Source: a virus (taxonomy: Duplodnaviria > Caudoviricetes). Taken from it: 36,592 nucleotides of DNA. Below are positions 8,278-16,903 of this stretch, in pieces; position 1 is the stretch's first letter; each line of letters opens with the position of its first letter. Under the pieces are notes generated by a model. That model saw only the letters and a list, made by a program, of their open reading frames with translations. It was not told where the DNA came from and made no database searches. The translations under genes were made by a program, and so were the position numbers. Location of the stretch: IMG/VR virus record IMGVR_UViG_3300037780_000219, positions 1 through 36,592 of that record; one strand, written 5' to 3'.

Positions 8278-8281
8278 TGTT

Positions 8282-8557
8282 ATGCAAAAAAAAATAAAGC
8301 TCGGGCAGGCCGTTCGGTGTGTGATAACGGGATTTCGAGGTATTGCGACCGCGAGGGTCGAATATATTAACGGGTGCACTCAATACAATGTGACTCCGAG
8401 AGTTACGGAGGACGGGAAGTATCCGGACTCAATGTATATCGATGTCCAGCAGCTCGAGGAGGATTTCGACTCCGAGTCGGTTCAGATTCCAGGGCGAGAC
8501 ACTGGCGGTCCTGGTGCTGCCCCTGGCGGCGGTTCAGGATTGCGGCCTCCTGAGTAA
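8282..8557 (+). CDS. Conserved hypothetical phage protein
   Basis: LGQAVRCVITGFRGIATARVEYINGC motif, which I recall from phage nin-like regions. Confidence 0.7.
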   Translation: MQKKIKLGQAVRCVITGFRGIATARVEYINGCTQYNVTPRVTEDGKYPDSMYIDVQQLEEDFDSESVQIPGRDTGGPGAAPGGGSGLRPPE

Positions 8558-8591
8558 GCGGGATTAAGTTTTCTATTTTCGTAGGCAAACA

Positions 8592-9326
8592 ATGAAAAGC
8601 AAGGACTCCAAAAAAATGCCAGTAGGTGCACCAGATCCGCTCGACCTGGAAAAAGATAAAGCCGAATTTCTCAAGTCGGGCAGGGCTGTCGAGGAGTTAC
8701 CTCCGCAAGTCTTGAGGCCGCGACGTAATCGGGAGGTCCCTAAGCTTGTTCGTCCTCACGTCGCGCAATGGGAGGAGGAGGAGCTTACTAAGGCCGAGAG
8801 CCTGCTATACAAGCTCAACATATCGGGGCAGGATCCGCTCGCCATTCCAGGGACTCAGCAAACCAAGTTAACGACCTTCGATGTCTGGTCCGCGCTTGTC
8901 AGTATTCGGACTGACCAACTCGCAAGGCATCCGACCTGGGGATATATGACTGCCAAAAAAATAAAGCTGATTGTCGTAGAGCTCCAAGTCTACCGGCAAT
9001 TGCTGTTAGCAGACGGAAAGAGAGATCTCGGATCGCATAGAGTTTTATTCCAGGAGCTCCTATACCTGATCATCGATAGGAAAAACTCCGAATCTTGGGA
9101 AGTCAGAAAGTCGGGGATCCTGGAGAATATTGTCCTCACGGCGATCGAGCATGTTTGTAACCCGGCGAGGTATCGCGATCTCTCGGCTCGCGCCTGGGCG
9201 AGGCAGCTCGGGCTATCAGATCATAAGGCGTGGCAAAGGTTCTGGAAAAAGCGTTACGAGGATTTCCTTAACGACCTGACCGCTCTCGATGTTTTTACGG
9301 CCGACGAGCTGGAGCGCCAACTATGA
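8592..9326 (+). CDS. Probable Q-like late antiterminator
   Basis: C-terminal LSARAWARQLGL...AWQRFWKKRYE..L resembles Q-family HTH ends; lies upstream of the late terminator and lysis genes. Confidence 0.55.
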   Translation: MKSKDSKKMPVGAPDPLDLEKDKAEFLKSGRAVEELPPQVLRPRRNREVPKLVRPHVAQWEEEELTKAESLLYKLNISGQDPLAIPGTQQTKLTTFDVWSALVSIRTDQLARHPTWGYMTAKKIKLIVVELQVYRQLLLADGKRDLGSHRVLFQELLYLIIDRKNSESWEVRKSGILENIVLTAIEHVCNPARYRDLSARAWARQLGLSDHKAWQRFWKKRYEDFLNDLTALDVFTADELERQL

Positions 9327-9778
9327 AGGATTTCCAGATCAATGAAAGCGAATTACCCGACGAGCTCGCAAAAGAGCTGCGAGGCAATGACGGGCTTAAG
9401 CTGGGGACCCTGGAGGCAATAGTCCATGAGGCCTTGTCGATCAAGGATAAGGTTAGCCTCGACGGAATGCTGATATTTGCATTCAACAGGCACGGGAAAA
9501 TATACAAGCGATCGACTCTACGTTGCACTCTCAAGGACATCAAAGCGAGAGGGATTGCAACATCGAACGGCCGGGGCGTCTGGACGCTAACCGAGGCCGG
9601 GAGATCCATGCAGGGCAGAAAGCCGCCGGAGCAAAAAGAGAGTTCGGGGGGTATCTTTTGCCACTACTGCGGAGAGGAGATCGATCGGTCCGATAGGCTT
9701 GCCCGGATCGTTTGGGAAAATAAGGAATTTTGCTCAGGCAAGCACTTACGAGAATTTAAGCGGGAGCTCGATATATGA
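9323..9778 (+). CDS. Hypothetical protein, winged-helix-like plus C-terminal Zn/TRASH-like finger
   Basis: GRGVWTLTEAGR; CHYCGEEI...FCSGKH. Confidence 0.6.
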   Translation: MKDFQINESELPDELAKELRGNDGLKLGTLEAIVHEALSIKDKVSLDGMLIFAFNRHGKIYKRSTLRCTLKDIKARGIATSNGRGVWTLTEAGRSMQGRKPPEQKESSGGIFCHYCGEEIDRSDRLARIVWENKEFCSGKHLREFKRELDI

Positions 9779-10221
9779 CAAAGCAGGCGGCAGTAAATGT
9801 CAGTAATCAAGATATTTTTGCGGATATTGGGGCGGAGCTGGGCAGGGCTCGAAGTAAGTTCCCGTCGAATGAGGATCAGCTAGTCGCATTGGGTGAGGAG
9901 TTTGGCGAGCTCTCAAAGGCACTCTTGCAGCAAAAACACGAGCCCGACAAAGGGGTCACTCAGGAGGATATTTACGCCGAGGCTGTCCAGGTCGCCGCAA
10001 TGGCGATTCGAGTTGCCTCCGAGGGCGACTCTAGCTTTCCGCACTACGATCCGGAGAGCGGTTATAGGGGTTGCGCCTGGGCAGGCTATCTCGAGCGAGA
10101 TCATCTCGAATCATTCTGCCGGCCTGAGTGCGTTTTTCATGTTTGCCCGAGTCCTTGTCAATGTCGCCGCTCTGGCTGCAGCAATCAAGATCCGAATCAC
10201 GACCCAAGCGAGGAAGGTTAA
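9775..10221 (+). CDS. MazG-like nucleotide pyrophosphohydrolase-fold protein with Cys-rich tail
   Basis: LGEEFGELSKALL...EAVQVAAMAIR. Confidence 0.7.
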   Translation: MTKQAAVNVSNQDIFADIGAELGRARSKFPSNEDQLVALGEEFGELSKALLQQKHEPDKGVTQEDIYAEAVQVAAMAIRVASEGDSSFPHYDPESGYRGCAWAGYLERDHLESFCRPECVFHVCPSPCQCRRSGCSNQDPNHDPSEEG

Positions 10222-10224
10222 AAA

Positions 10225-10587
10225 ATGGGCGAGTGTCGAGAGCCTGGGCCGATACGAATCCAGCGGCGGCGCGTTAAAGGGTGGAGAATGCCGGCCGGCG
10301 CAGTCTATGTCGGTCGCGGCACAAAATACGGAAATCCATTTAGGCCGAAACAGATCGGCCAAGCCTTTCAGCAAAAGGGATGCCCGTCTCCGATTATCGC
10401 TTTTCGGGAAAAGGCCTCGCTTGAACGATGCCTCGATCTCTATCTCGCGAGAATCTGGACTTTGTTGCAGCTCGATCCGAATTATCTCGAGGATCTTCGA
10501 GGTAAGGATCTCGCTTGCTGGTGTTCGCTCGACTCGCCTTGTCATGCTGATATTTTATTGAGGCTCGCTAACGAGCTGCCGGAGTAA
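10225..10587 (+). CDS. DUF4326 family protein
   Basis: RIQRRRVKGWRMPAGAVYVGRGTKYGNPF...LRGKDLACWC...CHADILLRLAN. Confidence 0.9.
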   Translation: MGECREPGPIRIQRRRVKGWRMPAGAVYVGRGTKYGNPFRPKQIGQAFQQKGCPSPIIAFREKASLERCLDLYLARIWTLLQLDPNYLEDLRGKDLACWCSLDSPCHADILLRLANELPE

Positions 10588-10589
10588 TT

Positions 10590-10727
10590 ATGCCGAAATT
10601 GCCGACCGAGCAAGAATACAAGCGCCGATATCCAGGAGGAACAAATTATCCAGGGTATCGCCGGAAGTGGCTCGAGGCCGATAGCAAGCTGAGGGAAAAG
10701 GGGCGCGATCGATGCGAGGCGAAATAA
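10590..10727 (+). CDS. Small hypothetical protein (45 aa) missing from the ORF track
   Basis: GGAG then ATG 2 nt after the previous stop; MPKLPTEQEYKRRYPGG... Confidence 0.45.
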   Translation: MPKLPTEQEYKRRYPGGTNYPGYRRKWLEADSKLREKGRDRCEAK

Positions 10728-10912
10728 CGAGGATCCAGGTCGTTAATGACAGCACGAAAACAATTGCTCTCCCTGTCGATTGCTGCGGCTTTGTGGCTGT
10801 TGAGGAAAAGGTTCCGGATCCGCCGGTCCGAATTATGTTTCGAGTTCAGTGTCCAGGGTGTAAGCGGGTTAGGGTTGGCCCTCTCTCCTGGGTGGACCTG
10901 GGCAGGGCTTAG
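10712..10912 (+). CDS. Small Cys-containing hypothetical protein
   Basis: 66 aa; CCG...CPGC. Confidence 0.5.
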   Translation: MRGEITRIQVVNDSTKTIALPVDCCGFVAVEEKVPDPPVRIMFRVQCPGCKRVRVGPLSWVDLGRA

Positions 10913-10914
10913 CA

Positions 10915-11160
10915 GTGTCGGGAATTAGTCGCGCCTCGGGCTCCCGAGTAGCTCGTGAATATTATCGATCGAGTAAGGATAGCGATTTCAGAAAGTGGCT
11001 AGCCGACAGGCAGTCGACTCGCAACTCAATACAAATCCTAAAGGCTCGAGTCGAAGCTATAGCGGCGGAGTTTGGGCTCGATTTTCCGCTTTCACCTGAA
11101 ACTCGCCTCCGGATCCTCCGGCAATTGCACAAGGACGACCTCGAGCTCAACGAATATTGA
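10915..11160 (+). CDS. Hypothetical phage protein
   Basis: 81 aa; last gene of the rightward early operon. Confidence 0.5.
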   Translation: MSGISRASGSRVAREYYRSSKDSDFRKWLADRQSTRNSIQILKARVEAIAAEFGLDFPLSPETRLRILRQLHKDDLELNEY

Positions 11161-11252
11161 TAGCAGATATTGATATCCAGGATCCTCGATATCCCTCCAA
11201 ACGATAGCAGTTGTCGGGACTGGCCAGCCTGGCACGAGATCGGATTGCTAGC
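11159..11252 (+). repeat. Triple-box 44-bp-period element, copy 3
   Basis: GATAGC 11159, GATAGC 11203, GCTAGC 11247; spacer 1 has TCCAGGATCCTCGA at the same offset as copies 1 and 5. Confidence 0.9.
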
Positions 11253-11406
11253 AATTCGGCCTTTTTAATAAAACCCGCGATTTTCCTCTTGTTCCTAAAC
11301 CCCAAAATCAGGCAACATTTTCCCAAGCTAGACGAGTTGTCAGTAGCGGCTCTGAAAAGCGGTTTCAGCTCTAAATCTCTCTCCTAGAGATTCGACTGTA
11401 AGAAGC

Positions 11407-11448
11407 AAAGGCGCCGAGGTCTGCCCCGACCTCGGCGCCTTTCTTTTT
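11407..11448 (+). terminator. Intrinsic terminator ahead of the late operon (tR'-like)
   Basis: AAAGGCGCCGAGGTC-tgcccc-GACCTCGGCGCCTTT followed by CTTTTT. Confidence 0.85.
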
Positions 11449-11470
11449 GCTCAAAATTGGAGGTTTCCCT

Positions 11471-12007
11471 TTGTCTTGTTTTCAGCTTGCGATCGGCATA
11501 ACTCTCGAGCATGAGGGATTCTTGTCCGATGATCCTGACGACCGGGGCAGGGCTACAAAATACGGAATCTCTCTTGCCTTCCTGGAGGATCTCCAGGACG
11601 ACGACGGAGACGGTTTTCTCGACGGTGATATTAATCGCGACGGCGTTGTCGATGCGCGAGACATTTACGAGTTAACTCTTGATGAAGCGATCGGGATTTA
11701 TCGCTCCCGATTCTGGGAGCCTTATCGCTTTGAGGAGATTTTCGATCAGAGCGTCGCGAACAAAGCTTTCGATCTCTGTGTGAATATGGGGCCGCGACGA
11801 GCCGGCCGGGTATTCCAGCGAGCAATAAAATATTTTTTTCCTGATATCAAGGTCGACGGAATCGTCGGGCCTCGGACTCTCTGGTGTGCGAACGAATGCA
11901 ATCCGGGGCAGTTGCTTGTCGAGCATAAGCACGAGGCGGCAAGAAAGTATCGCGAGCTCAATAATCCGAAATTCATTAACGGTTGGCTCAATCGAGCTTA
12001 CTCATAG
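11471..12007 (+). CDS. Endolysin, glycoside hydrolase family 108 with peptidoglycan-binding domain
   Basis: HEGFLSDDPDDRGRATKYGIS, FDLCVNMG, VDGIVGPRT, FINGWLNR; GGAGG RBS before TTG 11471. Confidence 0.92.
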   Translation: MSCFQLAIGITLEHEGFLSDDPDDRGRATKYGISLAFLEDLQDDDGDGFLDGDINRDGVVDARDIYELTLDEAIGIYRSRFWEPYRFEEIFDQSVANKAFDLCVNMGPRRAGRVFQRAIKYFFPDIKVDGIVGPRTLWCANECNPGQLLVEHKHEAARKYRELNNPKFINGWLNRAYS

Positions 12008-12022
12008 GCGGATCCCTGAATA

Positions 12023-12697
12023 ATGCTTTTTCTTGGTTTGCCTGTGGAGATCTGGGTCGCGATTATCACGGCCGTATCCGGGATCCTCGTAAAGAGGCAA
12101 ACGGACGTCCGGAAGTTTGAAAGACAGCTAGCCGAAAAAGAGGAGGCTCTCCAGGAGGAGAAAGACAAACAAGAGATCCTCGCAAAGTCCGAGTTTCGCA
12201 AGACTGTAATAGGACCGCTCGTCAATATCCAAAAACTTGAAAATATCGGAGTCGCGATCCGGCGCCTAATCAAAGAGACCGAGATCGATCGCGTTCTAAT
12301 CCTGGTTGCTGTTAACGGCGTCGATCATCCGACGCACGCTAGTTGCATCTGGGATAAGAGGGATCCCGAGGAGGACTGGAAATATATCGACGTGCCCATC
12401 GATGACGACTATCGAGATCGGCTCAAAGAGGCGGAGAGGCGAGGATACTCGGTTCTCATAACTGACAAGATCCAGGGCACAAGAATCGGAAAGATCTACA
12501 AGGCCGAGGGGGTTCGCTATAGCGTGTGGACCTCTGTCGGAAAACGAGCGGCCTTAAAGACTCGTCAGGTCGCTTACTGTTTCTGCTCCTGGAGCACTCA
12601 CCAGGATGTCGAGTTCCATGCCGAGACGCTGCAGAGGATATTAAATCTCAATGCACAGATCCGGCTAATGATGCAGGAGGCGGGGTACGCGCCATGA
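12023..12697 (+). CDS. Single-TM protein with coiled coil and GAF-like domain; candidate holin
   Basis: N-terminal hydrophobic helix; IDRVLILVAVNG and terminal strand-helix pattern of GAF folds; follows the endolysin. Confidence 0.55.
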   Translation: MLFLGLPVEIWVAIITAVSGILVKRQTDVRKFERQLAEKEEALQEEKDKQEILAKSEFRKTVIGPLVNIQKLENIGVAIRRLIKETEIDRVLILVAVNGVDHPTHASCIWDKRDPEEDWKYIDVPIDDDYRDRLKEAERRGYSVLITDKIQGTRIGKIYKAEGVRYSVWTSVGKRAALKTRQVAYCFCSWSTHQDVEFHAETLQRILNLNAQIRLMMQEAGYAP

Positions 12698-13554
12698 AAC
12701 GCGAGGCTATCCTTTTTTCTCAAGATTACAGAGATATTTATTCGGCGGCTCTTTTGAGCCGGCATGTTTATCCGGAAAGGGTCGGCGGCGAGCTCGAGAG
12801 AGAGCTCGATCTCTCCGATGCCGGTATCGTCGAGGTCCGGCAGATCTCTGATCATAATAACGGCACTTTCGCGACGGCTTATGTCTCCGACGACACTGTC
12901 TTTATCTGCGTCCGAGGGACGGAGTCGCTATTGTCGTTTGCTGGCTTGAGGGATTGGCTAACAAATCTCCTCGGGTTTAAGTGGAAGTTTTACGGGATCC
13001 GCGCTCATTTTGGGTTTGGGTCTGCGGCCGCGTCTATCTTTCCGGATGTCTGTAGGGTGATAGATCTATATCGCGGCCGACGGATCGTTTTCAGTGGGCA
13101 CTCGCTAGGCGGTGCGGTGGCGGCTTTGTTGTGCGTGGCAATGGTTCACGTTAGGCGCGAGGCGTGTCAGTCCGCCGATGATATTTCGCTTATAACTTTC
13201 GGTCAGCCTCGAGTAACAACTCGACGGCAGTTAAGGCTTGCCCTCCTGGGCGTGAGATATATCAGGGTTCAAAATGGATCGGACGCGATCAGCGGACTGC
13301 CTCCTCCGATCGCGTATGGTCATGCCGGGATAAATCTCTATTTTCCAAACGATGATAAGAGGCAGGGCTTTAGCGTTGTTAATCCGAGCTATCTATCTCG
13401 ACTGGGCGATCGCTTGTTTACGTTTTGGGAAAGGATAGGCGATCACAGCTCCTCGGCTTTTGTTGAAAAGGCTCGGGCACTACTCGCGGCGCATTGCCCG
13501 GAGGTTGTCGAGGATCTGGCTGTAAAGCGCGCCAAAATTCTTACGAGAGGTTAA
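12694..13554 (+). CDS. Class 3 lipase (alpha/beta hydrolase)
   Basis: VRGTE, DWLTNL, AHFGF, GHSLGG, TFGQPRV, NGSDAI, DHS; start MKREAIL at an ATGA overlap. Confidence 0.9.
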   Translation: MKREAILFSQDYRDIYSAALLSRHVYPERVGGELERELDLSDAGIVEVRQISDHNNGTFATAYVSDDTVFICVRGTESLLSFAGLRDWLTNLLGFKWKFYGIRAHFGFGSAAASIFPDVCRVIDLYRGRRIVFSGHSLGGAVAALLCVAMVHVRREACQSADDISLITFGQPRVTTRRQLRLALLGVRYIRVQNGSDAISGLPPPIAYGHAGINLYFPNDDKRQGFSVVNPSYLSRLGDRLFTFWERIGDHSSSAFVEKARALLAAHCPEVVEDLAVKRAKILTRG

Positions 13555-13557
13555 TTC

Positions 13558-13899
13558 ATGCTCCGATTCATTCTGGTTTTTTTCCTGGGGATTCTTATTT
13601 CGTCATGTTCAGCGGCATTCAAAGAGCGGATCGAGGACGGCTATCAGTTCGGCGACCTGAGCTCGGCACAGATAGAGAATCTCGAAATCTATTGCACGAG
13701 CACAGATCCGCAAGTCCGAGCCGCGGCTCGATCTGCCCTGGATCATGTGATCGGCGTTGTCGTTCCCCTGAATCCCTGCGGCTTGTGGGAGGCCCTGGAG
13801 CCAGTTTTCGGAGATTCCGAAATCCCGTCTCCAGGTATACAGCCTGGATTCAGGTCGGGATCGGGCGACCTCGCTCCTCGCTCCGTCGACGACGGATAG
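13558..13899 (+). CDS. Lipoprotein (possible spanin-like lysis accessory)
   Basis: Signal peptide with lipobox ISSC; last gene of the lysis cassette. Confidence 0.7.
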   Translation: MLRFILVFFLGILISSCSAAFKERIEDGYQFGDLSSAQIENLEIYCTSTDPQVRAAARSALDHVIGVVVPLNPCGLWEALEPVFGDSEIPSPGIQPGFRSGSGDLAPRSVDDG

Positions 13900-13900
13900 C

Positions 13901-13942
13901 GGGTCCTTTTCGAGGTTCCCCTATACGGGTGACAAGTTGCGC
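13901..13942 (+). other. Candidate cos site (cosQ GGGTCCT plus cosN-like region)
   Basis: GGGTCCT identical to lambda cosQ, then TACG-GGTGACAAGTTG-CGC just upstream of the small terminase. Confidence 0.5.
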
Positions 13943-14005
13943 AAAAAACGCATTGTCCGAGGGGTCCCGATTCGGATTTATTGTTTTTATCTCCAGGGGT
14001 AACAA

Positions 14006-14620
14006 GTGTCCTCGGTAGGAGAGGCCAACATCCAGGAGGCCGCGGTAATCCTGGGATATAGCGTTCCCACGATTAAACGCTACATTCAACTCGGGATGCC
14101 CGTTAAATCGAAAGGCGGACGGGGTAAAGATTACGTTTTAAGCCTTCCCGACTGTGTGGCCTGGGTCGCGGATCTCAAGGTAAAGAATGCGATCGGCGAC
14201 GTCGATCAGGCGACAGAGCAAGAGCTCCGCCGGCGAAAGCTGGCGGCAGAGACCAAGCTAGCCGAGCTCGAGGCGCTTAAAAAAACAGGGGAGGTTATTT
14301 ATATCGATGATGCCGTCCGGATCCGGACGCACGAGGCGCTAGCTGTAAAGGCGTCGCTCCTGGCGATACCTCCTCGAATTGATCATGTTCTCGCCGGATC
14401 AAACGACCGGAAGTTTTGCAGGACAACGCTAAATGATGAAATTCTCGGAGCACTCGAGGAGCTCGCAACTCGATCTATCGACGTCGAGAGCGTTTTTCCT
14501 TCAAAGGATGGAGGAGACGAATCTAACGGCCTGGGCTCCTCCGCCAAATCTAAAGCCGAGCGAGTGGGCAGAGCAAAGCGTAAGAATACCGGAAGGAAAC
14601 GCAAGGCCGGGAAAGCTTAG
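14006..14620 (+). CDS. Terminase small subunit (Nu1-like)
   Basis: N-terminal wHTH (AVILGYSVPTIKRYIQLGMP...W), coiled coil, LLAIP. Confidence 0.88.
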   Translation: MSSVGEANIQEAAVILGYSVPTIKRYIQLGMPVKSKGGRGKDYVLSLPDCVAWVADLKVKNAIGDVDQATEQELRRRKLAAETKLAELEALKKTGEVIYIDDAVRIRTHEALAVKASLLAIPPRIDHVLAGSNDRKFCRTTLNDEILGALEELATRSIDVESVFPSKDGGDESNGLGSSAKSKAERVGRAKRKNTGRKRKAGKA

Positions 14621-16364
14621 GTTTTACAATGCGCCGCACCAGATAGAGCCGCTCGATATGACGGCGAATCCGGATTGCCACGAGATTACTTTAATGTGGG
14701 CCGCGCAAACTGGAAAGACAAACGTATTTAATTGCGCGATCGGCTATGCCATTGATCAGAGGCCGCAAAGTCAAATTATGATGCAGCCTAGTCAGGGCGA
14801 TTTAAAAACCTGGCTCGAGACTAAGTTTAATCCGACTGTCGCGGCGAATCCGTCACTCGCCTCCAAGATCGCCACGCCTCGAGGCAGAGACGGCGTTAAC
14901 AATCAGCTAATGAAGTCCTATCCGGGCGGCTATCTAATGTTTTCCTGGTCTGGATCTGCCAAGACTATGCGCGGCAGATCAGCTCCTCGCATTTTAATGG
15001 ACGAGATCGACGGATACGAGCCGACTCCGGAAGGGGATCCGGTCGAATTGCTGTCTCAGAGGGCGGCGACATTCGGCGAGGACAGGCTTGTCCTCAAGAG
15101 TAGCACTCCGACGAAAAAGGGATTCTCCGCGATAGAGAAAAGCTACGAGTCGGGAGATCAGCGCCGGCGCTTTGTTCCTTGCTTACATTGCGAGGAAATG
15201 CAGATTCTCAAATGGTCCGGGGTTAAGTGGGAAAAGGATCCGGAAACGGACGAGCACTTGCCGGAAACGGCTTACTATGTCTGCGAGCACTGCGGCGGGA
15301 TTCTTACCGACGGCGATCGTTTGCAGATGCTCCAGCGCGGCGAGTGGCGAGCAAAAAAGCCTTTCCGGGGTCACGCCTCTTATCACTTAAACGAGCTCTA
15401 TTCTACTTTCTCAAGTTTGGAGTCGATTGTTAGATCGTTTCTTTCCAAGAAAGAAAAAAACGATCTGCAGACGTTTGTAAATGTCTCCCTTGCAGAGACC
15501 TGGGAGGACGGCGGGAAGTCGGTCCCGCATGAAACGCTTTTTCTGAGGCGCCGAGAATTTCCTGCAGAGGTTCCCGCGGAGTATTGCGTTCTAACTGCGG
15601 CGGTCGATGTCCAGGACGACCGGGTCGAGATCGGTGTAGAGGCCTGGGGCGAGGGCGAGCGGAATGCTCGAATAGATCTAATAATCCTGCACGGCGATCT
15701 CAGTCAGCGGGATTTCTGGACGGAGGATGTCGAGGGCGCTTTGTCCGGCACTTATCGCCACGAGTCCGGGGTCGACCTTCGGATCGCTTGCGCGACGATA
15801 GACTCTGGCGGTCACTTTACAAATGAGGTTTACAAGTTTGTAAAGCCTAGAGAGCGGCGTCGAATTTACGCGATCAAAGGTAAAAACGGGACAGGCTATC
15901 CGATCATCAATCGGCCAAGCAGGAAAAATAAGGGGAAAGTTACTCTTTTCTCAATTGGGACAGATACGGCAAAAGAGCTAATTTTTAAGCGTTACGAGAT
16001 CGAGAAGCCTGGACCGGGTTATATCGATTTTCCGATAAGGCAGTGTTTCGACGAGGAATATTTCGAGCAGCTTGTAGCCGAGAAACAGGTTACTTACTAC
16101 CGAAAGGGATTTCCTGTTACGGAGTGGCGAAAAACTCGGCCTAGAAACGAGGGCCTCGACCTCTCTGTCTACAATTTGGCCGCGCTTTATATCCTTAATC
16201 CAAATTTCAAAAAACTTTCCGAGAAGCTGCAAGCGGTTGTCGAGGTTGATGACTCCGGCGAGGACGAGGGCGAGAGCTCTAGTATCGAGTCGGCATTTTC
16301 GGACCACAAGAAAAAGTCGAGGCGATCGCCTCGACGGAGAGGTTACGTTAAATCATGGCGCTAA
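14433..16364 (+). CDS. Terminase large subunit (lambda gpA family; start uncertain)
   Basis: AAQTGKT Walker A, LMDEID Walker B, SSTPT, CLHC/CEHC, VDVQDDR, IDSGG, RNEGLD. Confidence 0.97.
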   Translation: MMKFSEHSRSSQLDLSTSRAFFLQRMEETNLTAWAPPPNLKPSEWAEQSVRIPEGNARPGKLRFYNAPHQIEPLDMTANPDCHEITLMWAAQTGKTNVFNCAIGYAIDQRPQSQIMMQPSQGDLKTWLETKFNPTVAANPSLASKIATPRGRDGVNNQLMKSYPGGYLMFSWSGSAKTMRGRSAPRILMDEIDGYEPTPEGDPVELLSQRAATFGEDRLVLKSSTPTKKGFSAIEKSYESGDQRRRFVPCLHCEEMQILKWSGVKWEKDPETDEHLPETAYYVCEHCGGILTDGDRLQMLQRGEWRAKKPFRGHASYHLNELYSTFSSLESIVRSFLSKKEKNDLQTFVNVSLAETWEDGGKSVPHETLFLRRREFPAEVPAEYCVLTAAVDVQDDRVEIGVEAWGEGERNARIDLIILHGDLSQRDFWTEDVEGALSGTYRHESGVDLRIACATIDSGGHFTNEVYKFVKPRERRRIYAIKGKNGTGYPIINRPSRKNKGKVTLFSIGTDTAKELIFKRYEIEKPGPGYIDFPIRQCFDEEYFEQLVAEKQVTYYRKGFPVTEWRKTRPRNEGLDLSVYNLAALYILNPNFKKLSEKLQAVVEVDDSGEDEGESSSIESAFSDHKKKSRRSPRRRGYVKSWR

Positions 16365-16903
16365 CGGTTATCAGTTTTCCGAGGCGGATCAATGTCGGGG
16401 ATTCTATCGACGTTGAGGTTTCTCTCTCGAGCTATCCGGCCGGAGAAGGCTGGAGCCTGAAAATCGCGGTCGTAAATTCGACGGCGAATCAGGTTATCGA
16501 GGCAGCGGCTTCCGGCGACATCCATGTGATCTCGGTAACTTCTGCAGAATCCTCGGAGTGGGCTGTCGGTTCCTATAAGTGGATTGCGTTCGCGATAAAA
16601 GGGGATCTCCGAGAAAGGATTTCGAGCGGAGATATTGAGGTCCTGGGGGATCCGATATCTGGCGCGGTAGATATGCGCTCTCACGCCGAAAAGGTTCTCG
16701 CCTCAATTGAGGCTGTTATCGAGCAAAAGGCTACGACAGACGATCTGTCCGTAAACATCCGCGGGAAGCTGATCACTCGGTATAACCACGACGAATTGAT
16801 CAGGCTCCGAAATCGGTATAGGCACGAGGTTCGGCAAGAGCGGCGAAACAGAGATAGGCGACAAGGCCAAAGCGGCGCAAATCAAAAACGGGTCCGATTC
16901 TAA
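16355..16903 (+). CDS. Head completion protein (gpW-like C-terminus with N-terminal extension)
   Basis: Between terminase and portal; LASIEAVI...INIRG-like...ELIRLRNRYRHEV. Confidence 0.7.
   Translation: MALTVISFPRRINVGDSIDVEVSLSSYPAGEGWSLKIAVVNSTANQVIEAAASGDIHVISVTSAESSEWAVGSYKWIAFAIKGDLRERISSGDIEVLGDPISGAVDMRSHAEKVLASIEAVIEQKATTDDLSVNIRGKLITRYNHDELIRLRNRYRHEVRQERRNRDRRQGQSGANQKRVRF

Noticed and set aside
9893-10561. 222-aa alternative-frame ORF
   Set aside because: Overlaps the MazG-like and DUF4326 genes, which have clear motifs
13864-13874. GGCGACCTCGC match to the right half of lambda cosN
   Set aside because: Inside the lipoprotein CDS and upstream of the cosQ-like motif, so wrong order; likely chance
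13494-14018. 174-aa ORF overlapping the lipoprotein as a possible i-spanin
   Set aside because: No N-terminal TM helix or coiled coil; Arg/Ser-rich shadow-frame composition; runs across the cos region
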